From: Aminivibrio sp.
Lineage (GTDB): Bacteria; Synergistota; Synergistia; Synergistales; Aminobacteriaceae
Reading direction: 5' to 3'
DNA length: 49,182 bases
Assembly (NCBI GenBank): GCA_050946755.1
Contig: JBMNVK010000001.1
Span: 1-49,182 of the forward strand
The translations under genes and the position numbers were made by a program. Positions 34,642-44,439 of the stretch are shown here, piece after piece. The first letter of the stretch is position 1; every line of letters begins with the position of its first letter. The notes below the pieces were generated by a model. It saw only the letters and a list, made by a program, of their open reading frames with translations. It had not been told where the DNA came from and did not search any database.

Positions 34642-36405
34642 GTGACCGAAAATCAGAAGAGAACTGGAATAGTCTTGGCGCTTCTCCTGGTGCTCACGTT
34701 TTTTTCCGGCGGGGCAGCATCTGCCGCCGATCCCCTGATAGCCATGCTCGATGTGGAAGGAAACGACCAGGTGGTGGACGAGCATATACTCGGCATAGTC
34801 GGCAGCCGGGTGGGAGAGCCTCTGAGCAGGGAGCAGCTCCAGTCAGACGTGGAGGCCATATACGGGCTTGGCTTCTTCTCCTTCGTGGATATTGACCTTC
34901 AGAGTATAGTTGGGGGCGTAGCGGTGACCTACCTGGTCACTGAAAACCCCGTGGTGGAGGCCGTAACCTTCACAGGGAACGCCATTTTTACGGATGAAGA
35001 GCTTATGAAGGTCGTCTTCACATCGCCGGGAAACGTATTTAACCGGGTGTTCTTCAGGCACGACCTTGACCGGATACAGGAAAAATACAGCAAAGCGGGC
35101 TACGTCATGGTCAAGATAGCCGACGTGCAGGTAGAGAGCGGCATTATTGAGGTTCAGATCGTAGAGCCGAGGGTAGGAGAAATTATCATCCAGGGCAACC
35201 GGAAGACCAAGACCAGGGTAATCGAACGGGAGCTCAAGCTCAAAAAAGGAGACCCCTTTAACGCCACCATCCTAAGACACTCCATTAACCGCCTCCAGTC
35301 AAAGGGCTTTTTCGAGGACGTGAGCATAGGATTCGAGCCCGGCGAGGACCCGGATGAGACTGACATCATCCTCACCGTCAGCGAGGCTAAAACAGGTAGA
35401 ATCGGTCTGTCCATAAGCCACGGCACGGAAAGCGGCTGGTCCGGTGGTTTAACCTATACGGATACTAACTGGAGGGGCCTCGGTCATATCGGTGAAGTAG
35501 GTTTTGAGACGGGTGACAACGAGCAGTACTGGATCTCCTACACAGAGCCTTACATGGACTCAAAATATTATGCATGGAAGGTTGGCTTCGGGAAACGCAA
35601 GTGGGAGGATCGTTACTACTACCGCCGGGGCGTAAAGCTGCTGCGCTATGACGACGAGCTTAAAAACATCTACATGGGGGCGGGCAGAAAGTTTGGCCGG
35701 GATGAAAAGTACAGCTGGTTTCTAACCCTGGACTGGCGGGAGGTGGATGCCTATAACTTCCGGGAGAAGAACCCCAAGTTCCCCAATGCAGAGGACGAGC
35801 TTACCCGGGGCAAGATATTTTCGGTTCTCGGCACCGTCACCAGAAACAACACCGACCCCTATCTCAGCTACTCAAAGGGAGACATCATAGATCTTAACGT
35901 TGAGCACGCCTTCGAGGCCCTGGGAGGCGAATACAGCTTCACAAAATACTGGATTCAGGCCAGATACTATGCGCCTATCAAGGGCTTGGGCGACCTCTTT
36001 GGTACCCGTCTCGGCGACGAGGACAACCCTGCAATTTTCGCTGCCCGGATCAGAGCCGGCTTCTCATCGGGGGATATACCCACCGCAAGCCTCTACTCCC
36101 TTGGCGGAGCAAATACCCTCAGGGGCTACGACTCGGGAGAGTACGAGGGTACGGAGATGTTCCTCGCCAACTTTGAAGTACGGATTCCTGTGGAAAGGGC
36201 CTTCGGCCTGGTCATCTTCTACGATGCGGGCAATGCCTGGAACAGCCCCTGGGATAGCAACGGAGGCTCCTTCAGCCTTTCAGACCTCCACGACTCCTGG
36301 GGTCTGGGCGTAAGGGTAAAGACCCCCCTGGGCAACTTCCGCCTTGACCATGCCACCGGCGAAAGAGAATCCAGGACCCACTTCGGCTTCGGGGAACTTT
36401 TCTAG
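34642..36405 (+). CDS. bamA: Omp85/BamA-family outer membrane assembly factor
   Basis: Signal peptide, POTRA repeats (VEGN, FTGN, IQGNRKTK), LGGANTLRGY, FYDAGNAW, GLGVRVKTPLG, C-terminal F. Confidence 0.9.
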   Translation: MTENQKRTGIVLALLLVLTFFSGGAASAADPLIAMLDVEGNDQVVDEHILGIVGSRVGEPLSREQLQSDVEAIYGLGFFSFVDIDLQSIVGGVAVTYLVTENPVVEAVTFTGNAIFTDEELMKVVFTSPGNVFNRVFFRHDLDRIQEKYSKAGYVMVKIADVQVESGIIEVQIVEPRVGEIIIQGNRKTKTRVIERELKLKKGDPFNATILRHSINRLQSKGFFEDVSIGFEPGEDPDETDIILTVSEAKTGRIGLSISHGTESGWSGGLTYTDTNWRGLGHIGEVGFETGDNEQYWISYTEPYMDSKYYAWKVGFGKRKWEDRYYYRRGVKLLRYDDELKNIYMGAGRKFGRDEKYSWFLTLDWREVDAYNFREKNPKFPNAEDELTRGKIFSVLGTVTRNNTDPYLSYSKGDIIDLNVEHAFEALGGEYSFTKYWIQARYYAPIKGLGDLFGTRLGDEDNPAIFAARIRAGFSSGDIPTASLYSLGGANTLRGYDSGEYEGTEMFLANFEVRIPVERAFGLVIFYDAGNAWNSPWDSNGGSFSLSDLHDSWGLGVRVKTPLGNFRLDHATGERESRTHFGFGELF

Positions 36406-36425
36406 GGAGCGGAGGGAATAACGAA

Positions 36426-37691
36426 GTGTCCCTATGGGGGCATGGGATCAAATTAATAAAATCCGGGAGGGCTGTGGCGGTGCTGCTGATCGCCGCAGCC
36501 CTCGCTTTTCCTGCTTCTCTTGAGGCATCTGTTGTAACGGAGGGTTTGCCCCGGTGGCTTAGGACCCCGGTAGAAAGAAGCGCCTCCTCCGTATGGGCTG
36601 AGATACGCAGTTACGGCGCTACTGCCCGGAAAAGCTTAAGGCTCATGGCCCTTGTGGCGGGAAGGCTATTCTCCGGCTACTCAGTTACAGACGTTTCCCC
36701 AAGGGGGGAAAATATAGTCCTTTCTCTGACCCCTGAGGGGAGGACGCCATGGCAGGCGGAGGTCATTTCTCCCCACCTGTCCCATCCGGCGGACCAGTGG
36801 TTTTCAGAAAACGCATCAGGTCTGCAGGAGAAAATCATGGCTATAATCCGGGATCTGCCTATGGACGCCCTGTCCTGGGCAGACATCCCCCTCAAGGATG
36901 AAATAGAATCTTTGTGCGCCCCCCTGCTTCCCGGGTGGATTCCGTCTCTTCTGGTGAGGCTCGATGGCGATGTGCCCGTTCTGCGAATCTCCTTCGCTCC
37001 GGGGCCCCCTTTTGTGCTGGCCGTGGTCCCCAGAGTTACGTCAGCTACTCTGCCTGTAATGCTCCGGGCAGACCTGAACGAGAATATCCTGAGAGCCCTT
37101 GCCCCTGTGGTGGGGCTGCCCATCAAGTGGGCTGAGTTCAACAGAGAAAAAGTGGAGGCTCTTGCGGCCCGGTCTCTGGAGCGGACAAAGATTGTGGAAA
37201 ATACCCGATCCGCCGTGGAGGTAACCTTCAACCCTGATCAGCTGTCCGCTGTAGAGGCGGAAGTGGAAAGCCCGAAATACTCCCTGAGGGCCTGGGTAGC
37301 GGCCTACGCCGGATCTGACGCAAGATATCCTGAAATAGGCCTCCACATGGGCAGAAAGTTCATGCCCTTTTCCGGGTGGGACATGGAGCTTTACGGCGAA
37401 TGGATTCTGTCCGCCAACGACTTCAGCCTTGAAAGCCGGTGGGGAGTTCGCTGGAGCCCCTGGAAGGGCATAATGGCCGGAGCTGAGCAGGCCTTCCCCG
37501 GCAACGAAACCTGGTATCGTCTTTGGCTTGAGGGAGGAGAGCGGGCCCCCTACCTCTGGTGGCGCATTAGCGAAAGAGGCTGGCATCACCTGGGGGCCGG
37601 TTACCGCATTAACCGGAGAGTATCCCTCGAGATCCACTACGACGGCAGAGAAGAAGACAAGATCAGCCTCAAGGCCATAAGCGACCTGTAA
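36426..37691 (+). CDS. Hypothetical exported protein with beta-rich C-terminus
   Basis: Signal-peptide-like N-terminus (AVAVLLIAAALAFPASLEA). C-terminal third has alternating aromatic/Gly beta strands. Between bamA and lpxD. Confidence 0.75.
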   Translation: MSLWGHGIKLIKSGRAVAVLLIAAALAFPASLEASVVTEGLPRWLRTPVERSASSVWAEIRSYGATARKSLRLMALVAGRLFSGYSVTDVSPRGENIVLSLTPEGRTPWQAEVISPHLSHPADQWFSENASGLQEKIMAIIRDLPMDALSWADIPLKDEIESLCAPLLPGWIPSLLVRLDGDVPVLRISFAPGPPFVLAVVPRVTSATLPVMLRADLNENILRALAPVVGLPIKWAEFNREKVEALAARSLERTKIVENTRSAVEVTFNPDQLSAVEAEVESPKYSLRAWVAAYAGSDARYPEIGLHMGRKFMPFSGWDMELYGEWILSANDFSLESRWGVRWSPWKGIMAGAEQAFPGNETWYRLWLEGGERAPYLWWRISERGWHHLGAGYRINRRVSLEIHYDGREEDKISLKAISDL

Positions 37692-37721
37692 CTAAAAAAG
37701 CATATAAACGGAGCGGGTAAA

Positions 37722-38771
37722 ATGACTGCAACTTTAAATTCCAAACTGACCTTAGGCGCCATTGCCAAACACCTCGGCGGCAAAGTAGAAGGGGATCCTC
37801 TTGCGGAGGTAAAGGGACCCGCATCGCCGGCGGGAGCCCTCGAAGGCTATATCTGTGTTGTATGGGAGGAGGCGGACTTCGGCCTGCTTAAACCGGGCGT
37901 CTTCGTCGTTGCCTCGGAAAAGGCCTTCAAATCCCATCCCGGTCTTGAAGGGATATCCGTTGAAGATCCCAGGGCGGCCTTCCCCGAGCTGCTGACCCTC
38001 TTTGCCGCTTCGCGGTCAAAGCAGGGAATTCACCCTGCGGCGGTGGTCTCCCCGGAGGCCCGGATCTCGCCCCTTGCCTGGATAGGGCCCCTCTGCGTAG
38101 TTGAGGAGGGGGCTGTCATCGAAGAGGGAGTTCAGCTCAGGGCCAATGTCTTCATCGGTACTGACTGCCATATCGGAGCAGGAACAATAGTGGAGCCGGG
38201 AGCCGTTCTTCTGGAGCGGGTCCGTACGGGGAAAAAATGCCTCATTCACAGCGGAGCCATCCTGGGGTGCGATGGCTTCGGCATCCTTCCTCCGACCGAT
38301 GGAACCCCCCCTGTAAAAATCCCCCAGCTTGGAGGAGTGATTCTGGGGGATGGAGTGGAGATCGGAGCCTGCTCCACCGTGGACAGGGGGACTCTTGATG
38401 ATACAGTGGTGGGCAGCTTTACCAAAGTGGACGACCATGTCCACATAGCCCACAATGCCCTGATAGGCCAAAACTGCATTCTGGTAGCCATGACGGGCAT
38501 CGCCGGCAGCGCTGTGCTGGAGGACAACGTGACCATGGCTGCCCGGAGCGGCGTCAGGGACCATACAAAAATAGGCAGGGGTTCCACCGTTGCCGCCTAT
38601 GGAGGCGTTACAAAGGACACTCCCCCGGGATCAGTGGTCTCCGGCTTTCCGGCAAGGGATCACCGGGAGAACTTCAGAGTCCAGGCCGCTCAGCAGCGGC
38701 TGCCGGAGCTCCTCCAGAGAGTCAGAAGACTCGAGCAGACGGCAGAAAAACAGAAAAAGGATGAGGGTTAG
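37722..38771 (+). CDS. lpxD: UDP-3-O-acylglucosamine N-acyltransferase LpxD
   Basis: Hexapeptide repeats, [37 protein letters not shown]. Confidence 0.96.
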   Translation: MTATLNSKLTLGAIAKHLGGKVEGDPLAEVKGPASPAGALEGYICVVWEEADFGLLKPGVFVVASEKAFKSHPGLEGISVEDPRAAFPELLTLFAASRSKQGIHPAAVVSPEARISPLAWIGPLCVVEEGAVIEEGVQLRANVFIGTDCHIGAGTIVEPGAVLLERVRTGKKCLIHSGAILGCDGFGILPPTDGTPPVKIPQLGGVILGDGVEIGACSTVDRGTLDDTVVGSFTKVDDHVHIAHNALIGQNCILVAMTGIAGSAVLEDNVTMAARSGVRDHTKIGRGSTVAAYGGVTKDTPPGSVVSGFPARDHRENFRVQAAQQRLPELLQRVRRLEQTAEKQKKDEG

Positions 38772-39622
38772 TGAATTCCTTCAGGAGGCTTGACCAGGAG
38801 ATAAGCTTCACGGGAAGGGGTCTCCACACGGGTGAGGACTGCCGGGTGATTCTGTCCCCTGCAGAAGAGGGAGAGGGGGTACTTCTGGAAGGGAGGCAGA
38901 ATGTCCTGTTCCCGGTAGAGGAGTGCTCCTTCTCTGGGACGGGCCGGGGCACGGAGGTCTTCCTACCGGACGGCTCATCCCTTAAAACTCCGGAGCACCT
39001 CTTTGCTGCCCTGGCGGGCCTTGGGGTATGGTCCGTCCGAATCGGCCTTCAGGGTCCGGAAGTTCCTGCCTTGGACGGATGTTCTGATCTCTTTTCAAAT
39101 TTAATCAGGGCCAACTCCACCCCCCTGGATGGAGCTCAAAAAAAAGTTGAGCCTCTGGCTCTCTCCTATCCTGTCCTGGTGGAGAACAGGGAGAGAAAAG
39201 CCCTTCTGGCCGCCTTTCCGTCTCACAGCCTTGCCATCTCCTACGTCATTGACTACGAAGGCACGGCCATAGGCACTCAGGCGGCAGACTTCAGCGCCTC
39301 TGAGGACGACTTCTCTTCCATGGTGGCCCCTGCCCGTACCTTCGCCCTTGAGTCGGAGGTCAGGGCCCTTATGGACAGAGGCCTTGCCAGGGGCGGTACC
39401 GCGAGCAACGCCCTGGTGGTGGGGGAAAGCTCCGTATCGGCCTCCGGAGGACTTCGCTTCAAGGATGAATTCGTCCGTCACAAAATACTTGACCTTCTTG
39501 GGGATCTTTACCTCCTGGGCCGGCCTCTGAAGGCCCGGATAATCGGCCTTAGGTCCGGCCACGATCTTCACTGCCGGCTGGTGGAAAGGCTTCTTTCCGC
39601 ACCCGGCGTAAAAAAACTATAG
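38771..39622 (+). CDS. lpxC: UDP-3-O-acyl-GlcNAc deacetylase LpxC
   Basis: GRGLHTG, TPEHLFAAL, EVPALDG, APARTF, RHKILDLLGD, GH. ORF-track start used; the exact start is uncertain. Confidence 0.95.
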   Translation: MNSFRRLDQEISFTGRGLHTGEDCRVILSPAEEGEGVLLEGRQNVLFPVEECSFSGTGRGTEVFLPDGSSLKTPEHLFAALAGLGVWSVRIGLQGPEVPALDGCSDLFSNLIRANSTPLDGAQKKVEPLALSYPVLVENRERKALLAAFPSHSLAISYVIDYEGTAIGTQAADFSASEDDFSSMVAPARTFALESEVRALMDRGLARGGTASNALVVGESSVSASGGLRFKDEFVRHKILDLLGDLYLLGRPLKARIIGLRSGHDLHCRLVERLLSAPGVKKL

Positions 39623-39638
39623 CAAAGGAGAAATATCC

Positions 39639-40073
39639 ATGCGCGACATCCAGGAAATCATGAAATTTCTTCCCCACAGATACCCTTTTCTGCTGGTAGA
39701 CAGAATCCTAGAGCTGGAAGAAGAGCGGGTTGTGGGAGTAAAAAATGTCACCTTCAACGAGCCCTTCTTTCAGGGGCATTTTCCAGGAGAACCGGTAATG
39801 CCCGGAGTTCTGGTCCTGGAGGCCATGGGCCAGGTGGCGGCCATGATGATGTCCACCCGTCCGGGAAGCGAAAACCTCATAACCTTCCTCACGGGAGTGG
39901 AAAAGGCCCGATTCCGCAGGCCCGTAAAGCCGGGAGACCAGCTTATAACCACCGCTGAAATGATCAGGCTCCGGGGCAAAATAGGCAAGGTCCGCACTGT
40001 GGGCCGGGTGGACGACGCCGTGGCTGCCGAGGCGGAGTTCAGCTTTGTGGCCGCTGAAACCCTAAGGGAATGA
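39639..40073 (+). CDS. fabZ: 3-hydroxyacyl-ACP dehydratase FabZ
   Basis: LPHRYPFLLVDRI, NEPFFQGHFP, MPGVLVLEAMGQ. Confidence 0.98.
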   Translation: MRDIQEIMKFLPHRYPFLLVDRILELEEERVVGVKNVTFNEPFFQGHFPGEPVMPGVLVLEAMGQVAAMMMSTRPGSENLITFLTGVEKARFRRPVKPGDQLITTAEMIRLRGKIGKVRTVGRVDDAVAAEAEFSFVAAETLRE

Positions 40074-40888
40074 CCTCCGTCCATCCCACGGCCATTGTCT
40101 CCTCCCGGGCCGAGCTGGGAGAGGGAGTGACCATAGGCCCCTACTGCATTGTGGCCGATCATGTAAAAATCGGCCGCGGGACCGTCCTGGCCTCCTTTGT
40201 AACCCTTCTGGACTATGTGGAAGTAGGGCCTGAGTGCCTCATAACCCAGAACGCCGTCCTCGGAGGGGAGCCCCAGGACTTCTCCTTCGGAGGGGAGGAA
40301 TCCTGGGTCCGGATAGGAAAAGGCGTGACTATAAGAGAGAACGTCACCATTCACAGAGGAGTGGGAGAGGGGACGGCCACCATCGTGGGAGACGGATGCT
40401 ACCTCATGGAGGGAGTCCATATCGGCCACAACGTCGTCCTTGGACAAGATGTGATCATGGCCAACAAGGTGGGCATGGCGGGCTTTTCCGCGGCAGGGGA
40501 CGGCTCCGTCTTCGGCGGAATGGCCGGAGTTCACCAGTTTGTCCGGGTGGGCAAGCTCTGCATGGTCGGCGGCCTCTCGAAAATTGTCAAGGACATCCCG
40601 CCATTCCTTACCGTCGACGGCCATCCCGGGGTTATCTACGGCCTCAACAAGGTGGGAATGAGGCGGGCCGGATACGACGGCGCCGCCAGAACAACAGTGA
40701 AAAATTGCTACGACAGGCTTTTCCGGAGGGACCTCCCCTTCAGGAAAGCCCTCCAGGAGCTGGCATCCTCGGAGGAGGGCCGGGGCGACGTTACCCGGGA
40801 GATCATAGAATTCTGCACCGGCTCCAGCCGGGGCGTCGCCCTCTGGCACAACCGCCGGAGACAGGGAGAGGAGGGGGCCGATGATTAA
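40070..40888 (+). CDS. lpxA: UDP-GlcNAc acyltransferase LpxA
   Basis: VHPTAIV, GGEPQD, IRENVTIHRG, HIGHN, VHQFVRVG, GLNKVGMRRAG. Confidence 0.96.
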   Translation: MTSVHPTAIVSSRAELGEGVTIGPYCIVADHVKIGRGTVLASFVTLLDYVEVGPECLITQNAVLGGEPQDFSFGGEESWVRIGKGVTIRENVTIHRGVGEGTATIVGDGCYLMEGVHIGHNVVLGQDVIMANKVGMAGFSAAGDGSVFGGMAGVHQFVRVGKLCMVGGLSKIVKDIPPFLTVDGHPGVIYGLNKVGMRRAGYDGAARTTVKNCYDRLFRRDLPFRKALQELASSEEGRGDVTREIIEFCTGSSRGVALWHNRRRQGEEGADD

Positions 40889-41357
40889 GCTGCTGGTACT
40901 GGACGTGGACGGAACCCTCACCGACGGCGGGATCTACATGGACGGCCGGGGGGGCGAATACAAAAGATTCGACGTAAAGGACGGCATGGGGATTGTCATG
41001 CTTATGAAGGCAGGCGTAGAGGTGGCCTTCATAAGCGGCCGGTACTCTGCCGCCACGGAGCAGAGAGCCCGCAATCTCGGCGTGGGCCGGGTCCATAACG
41101 GCGTTAAAGAAAAACTTCCCCTGCTGTCGGCTATGGCGGAGGAGCTGGGCATAGCCCTGGAGCAGGTCGCCTTCATGGGGGACGACATCAACGACGCTGA
41201 GTGCCTTCAGGCGGCAGGCCTCGCCATCGCCCCGGCGGACGCCGTCAAACCGGCGCTGGCTCTGGCAGACTATATTACTGACGCACCGGCAGGGAGAGGG
41301 GCCGTCCGGGATGCGGCGGAACACATCCTGGGGCTGAACGGAGGAAAAGGGAGTTGA
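40881..41357 (+). CDS. kdsC: KDO 8-phosphate phosphatase (HAD family)
   Basis: LDVDGTLTDG, FDVKDGMG, ISGR, MGDDIND, GRGAVRD. Confidence 0.92.
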   Translation: MIKLLVLDVDGTLTDGGIYMDGRGGEYKRFDVKDGMGIVMLMKAGVEVAFISGRYSAATEQRARNLGVGRVHNGVKEKLPLLSAMAEELGIALEQVAFMGDDINDAECLQAAGLAIAPADAVKPALALADYITDAPAGRGAVRDAAEHILGLNGGKGS

Positions 41358-42463
41358 GCCGCAGGGGAACATCCTTCGGCCTCCTAGACCGGTACATCCT
41401 GAAGGAGCTCTCCGGCTCCTTCATGTTTGGGGTTACGGCCTTCACCATAGTATTCGTCGCGGGAGACCTGCTGTTTGAGGCGGCAAGCCTCATGATTGAG
41501 AAGGGCATCTCCTTCTCGGTGGTGGCCCGGCTGTTTGTCTACCGTCTTCCCGAGGTAGTGGCCCTCACCCTGCCCATGGCAAGTCTTCTGTCATCGCTGC
41601 TGACCTTCAGCAGGCTCTCCACCAACAGCGAACTTGTGGCCCTGAAGGCGGCGGGCATACCCTTTCACAGAATTCTCCGGCCCGTCTTTCTGGCCTCCAT
41701 CCTTGTAGGCATAGGGGCACTTGTGGGCAACGAGACCATTGTCCCCGTATCCAACAGGGCCGCAGAGAACCTCATGAAATACGAAATCATGAGGGAGAAG
41801 CCCTCAGTCCTCAAGGAGAAAGTGTTTTTGCGGGAGGAGAGCGGAGGAGTGCTCCACCGGGTGATCTACCTGGATGAACTCAAGGCCAGGGAAGGTACCA
41901 TGAGGGACGTAATAATCCAGGAATTTGAAAAGGGGCGGCTGAACCGCATCTCCCTGGCGGATCGAGGGATATGGAGCGACGGCGAGTGGTGGCTCCTTGA
42001 CGGACAGGTATTTGAGGTCACCAGGGAGGGCCGGGTCAACCCCCTGCTCCGGTTTGAGCGCCAAAAGCTAAAGCTTGACCTGACCCCTGCCCAGGTGGAG
42101 AAAGCATCCCGCAAGCCGTCGGAGATGAGCTCCGTGGAGCTGGTGGCACAGATAGCCCTTCTGTCAAAGGAGGGGGCCAATCTCGCCCCCCTCAAAGTCA
42201 TGCTCCACCTTCGCATGGCCCTTCCCTGGGCCAGCGTGGTGCTGGCAGTACTGGGGGCAAGCCTGGGAGTCCGGTCCAACAGGGCCGGGCCGGGCATTGG
42301 CTTCGGCCTCAGCGTCCTCATAGTGTTTGCCTACTACGTCACCATGTCCTTCAGCAGGGCCCTCGGCGAGGCAGGCTACCTCTTTCCCCTGATAGCCGCC
42401 TGGATTCCCAACGTGATCTTCCTGCTCATAGGAGGCTTCTTCGCCCGCAGGGCCAACAACTAA
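41354..42463 (+). CDS. LPS export permease LptF/LptG family
   Basis: LDRYILKE, RLSTNSELVALKAAGI, periplasmic beta domain, AAWIPN. Confidence 0.92.
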   Translation: MSRRGTSFGLLDRYILKELSGSFMFGVTAFTIVFVAGDLLFEAASLMIEKGISFSVVARLFVYRLPEVVALTLPMASLLSSLLTFSRLSTNSELVALKAAGIPFHRILRPVFLASILVGIGALVGNETIVPVSNRAAENLMKYEIMREKPSVLKEKVFLREESGGVLHRVIYLDELKAREGTMRDVIIQEFEKGRLNRISLADRGIWSDGEWWLLDGQVFEVTREGRVNPLLRFERQKLKLDLTPAQVEKASRKPSEMSSVELVAQIALLSKEGANLAPLKVMLHLRMALPWASVVLAVLGASLGVRSNRAGPGIGFGLSVLIVFAYYVTMSFSRALGEAGYLFPLIAAWIPNVIFLLIGGFFARRANN

Positions 42464-42484
42464 CCAGCGGAAAGGAATGATCCC

Positions 42485-43324
42485 ATGGACTCTAACATGC
42501 CGCCGGCAGCCCTTATAGCCGGCGACGGCGCCCTGCCCGGAGAGGTTGCCCGCCGCATGGCGGGCGCGGGAATTGATGTTACCGTCTACTCCTTCACTCC
42601 GGACGACGGAGGCAGATTTTCCCATCTGCCCGAAGACAAAATTCTGTCCCTCCCGGACCTGCCGGGAGCAGAAGGCAGCCTCTCCCTGCAGGCCTTTGCG
42701 GCCGATCTGGCGGCCCGGGGCATTAAAAGGGCGGGCATGGCAGGTCTTATCCCCAAAATGGCGATATACAGCTCCGCCCTGGACGGATCCCTCAGGGGGC
42801 TGCTCACGGGAGGGGAAAACGACGACCACGCCCTTCTTGGTCGTATAGCGGCGGCCCTTGAAACAATAGGCATTGCGGTATACAACTACGCTGACTACAT
42901 AGGGGATAGTTTGGCTGCGGAGGGCGTCATCGCCGGAAGGGTATTTAGCGAAGACGAGAAGCAGGATATCAGCTACGGCAAAAAAATCCTGTCCGCCACT
43001 CTCCCCCTCTCCTTCGGCCAGGCGGTCGTTATTGCCCGGGGCGCCGTGGTGGCCATAGAAGCCATGGAGGGCACCGACAGAATGGTCCGCAGGGCGGGAG
43101 ACCTCCTTAACGGGGCGGCGGGCGTCCTGGTAAAGATGATGCGGGCAGACCAGGATTTCCGGTACGACATCCCCACTGTAGGCCCCCATACCCTAAGGGA
43201 GATGGCAAAGGCTGGGCTCACCGCCCTGGCCCTTGAGGCGGGCCGGGTGATCATAGTGGACCGGGAGGAGTTTCTGCCTCTGGCAGAAGAGCTCTCCATT
43301 GCCGTAGAGGGAATCTTGCCGTGA
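42485..43324 (+). CDS. lpxI: UDP-2,3-diacylglucosamine pyrophosphatase LpxI
   Basis: LIAGDGALP, FGQAVVI, AIEAMEGTD, QDFRYDIPTVG. Confidence 0.92.
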   Translation: MDSNMPPAALIAGDGALPGEVARRMAGAGIDVTVYSFTPDDGGRFSHLPEDKILSLPDLPGAEGSLSLQAFAADLAARGIKRAGMAGLIPKMAIYSSALDGSLRGLLTGGENDDHALLGRIAAALETIGIAVYNYADYIGDSLAAEGVIAGRVFSEDEKQDISYGKKILSATLPLSFGQAVVIARGAVVAIEAMEGTDRMVRRAGDLLNGAAGVLVKMMRADQDFRYDIPTVGPHTLREMAKAGLTALALEAGRVIIVDREEFLPLAEELSIAVEGILP

Positions 43325-44439
43325 CGGGAGCAGGGGGGGGAATTTTCTTCAGCTGCGGTGAAGTCTCCGGCGACGTATATGCCGCCATTCTGGGTACGGC
43401 CCTTCGAAAAAGAGGCTTCGGCGGCCCCTTTTTCGGAATGGGCGGCCCTCAGTCTGAGGAGGCGGGAGCCGAAATTGTAAAGGACTCCCGGGAGCTTCAC
43501 CTCATGGGGATCTCCGATGTGGTCCCCGCCATCCCCCGCCTGCTGAAATTAAAACGGGAGCTCATGGAGCTCATCCTGGCCCGCGGCCCCGGCGCTGTAG
43601 TCCTCATAGACAGCCCCGACTTTCACCTCCCCCTGGCCGAAGGGCTCAGAAAAAAGGGCTGGAAGGGGCCTGTAATCAGCCTCGTCCCCCCTACCGTATG
43701 GGCCTGGCGGTCAGGCAGGGCAAAAACATTGCGCCGATGCTTCGACCTCTGCCTTCCCCTTTTTAAATTTGAGCACGACTATCTTAGGAGCAGGGCCGTA
43801 AACTCCGCCTGGCGGGGTCATCCGATGGTGGACGAGTTCAGAGCTTCCTCTCCCAGCCCCGCTGAAAAAATAATAGCCCTCCTTCCCGGAAGCCGGCGGT
43901 CAGAAGTATTCCGCCTCCTCCCTCCCCTCAGGGAGTGCGCCGCCCTTCTGAGGGAAAGAGGATACAGTCCCGTCTTCTCCATAGCCCCGGGAATGCCCGC
44001 TGATCTCAGGAAGAGCCTCAGGGACGAGCTGGGGGAGAATGCTGTCTGGGAGGGCAGGGGCAGGGACCTCATGGCCTCCTCCCTGGCCGTAGCGGGGGCA
44101 AGCGGCACCGCTGCTGTGGAGGCTATGATGCTCGGCAAATATATGGCCGTGCTCTACAAAGGAGGTTTTCTCTCCTGGCTGGCCTGGAAAACCCTGGTGA
44201 AAACGCCCCATATCTCCATCCCCAACCTACTGGCGGGGGAGGAGATCTATCCCGAATTAATCCAGGGGAGAGCGAGGGGAGAAAACGTCTTCAGCGCCCT
44301 TATGGCCTACCTGGAGGATCAGCCCTTCCGGACCCGGATCAGCCAACTGCTGGCCCGGGCAAAGGGGGCCATGGGCCAGGGCGGGACGGCGGACTTCTGG
44401 GCGGAACAGATCATGGAGCTGAGGGAGAGGGCAGGGTGA
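43321..44439 (+). CDS. lpxB: Lipid-A-disaccharide synthase LpxB
   Basis: CGEVSGD, IDSPDFH, PPTVWAWR, GHP, LLPGSRRSEV, ASGTA, PELIQ. Confidence 0.95.
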   Translation: MTGAGGGIFFSCGEVSGDVYAAILGTALRKRGFGGPFFGMGGPQSEEAGAEIVKDSRELHLMGISDVVPAIPRLLKLKRELMELILARGPGAVVLIDSPDFHLPLAEGLRKKGWKGPVISLVPPTVWAWRSGRAKTLRRCFDLCLPLFKFEHDYLRSRAVNSAWRGHPMVDEFRASSPSPAEKIIALLPGSRRSEVFRLLPPLRECAALLRERGYSPVFSIAPGMPADLRKSLRDELGENAVWEGRGRDLMASSLAVAGASGTAAVEAMMLGKYMAVLYKGGFLSWLAWKTLVKTPHISIPNLLAGEEIYPELIQGRARGENVFSALMAYLEDQPFRTRISQLLARAKGAMGQGGTADFWAEQIMELRERAG

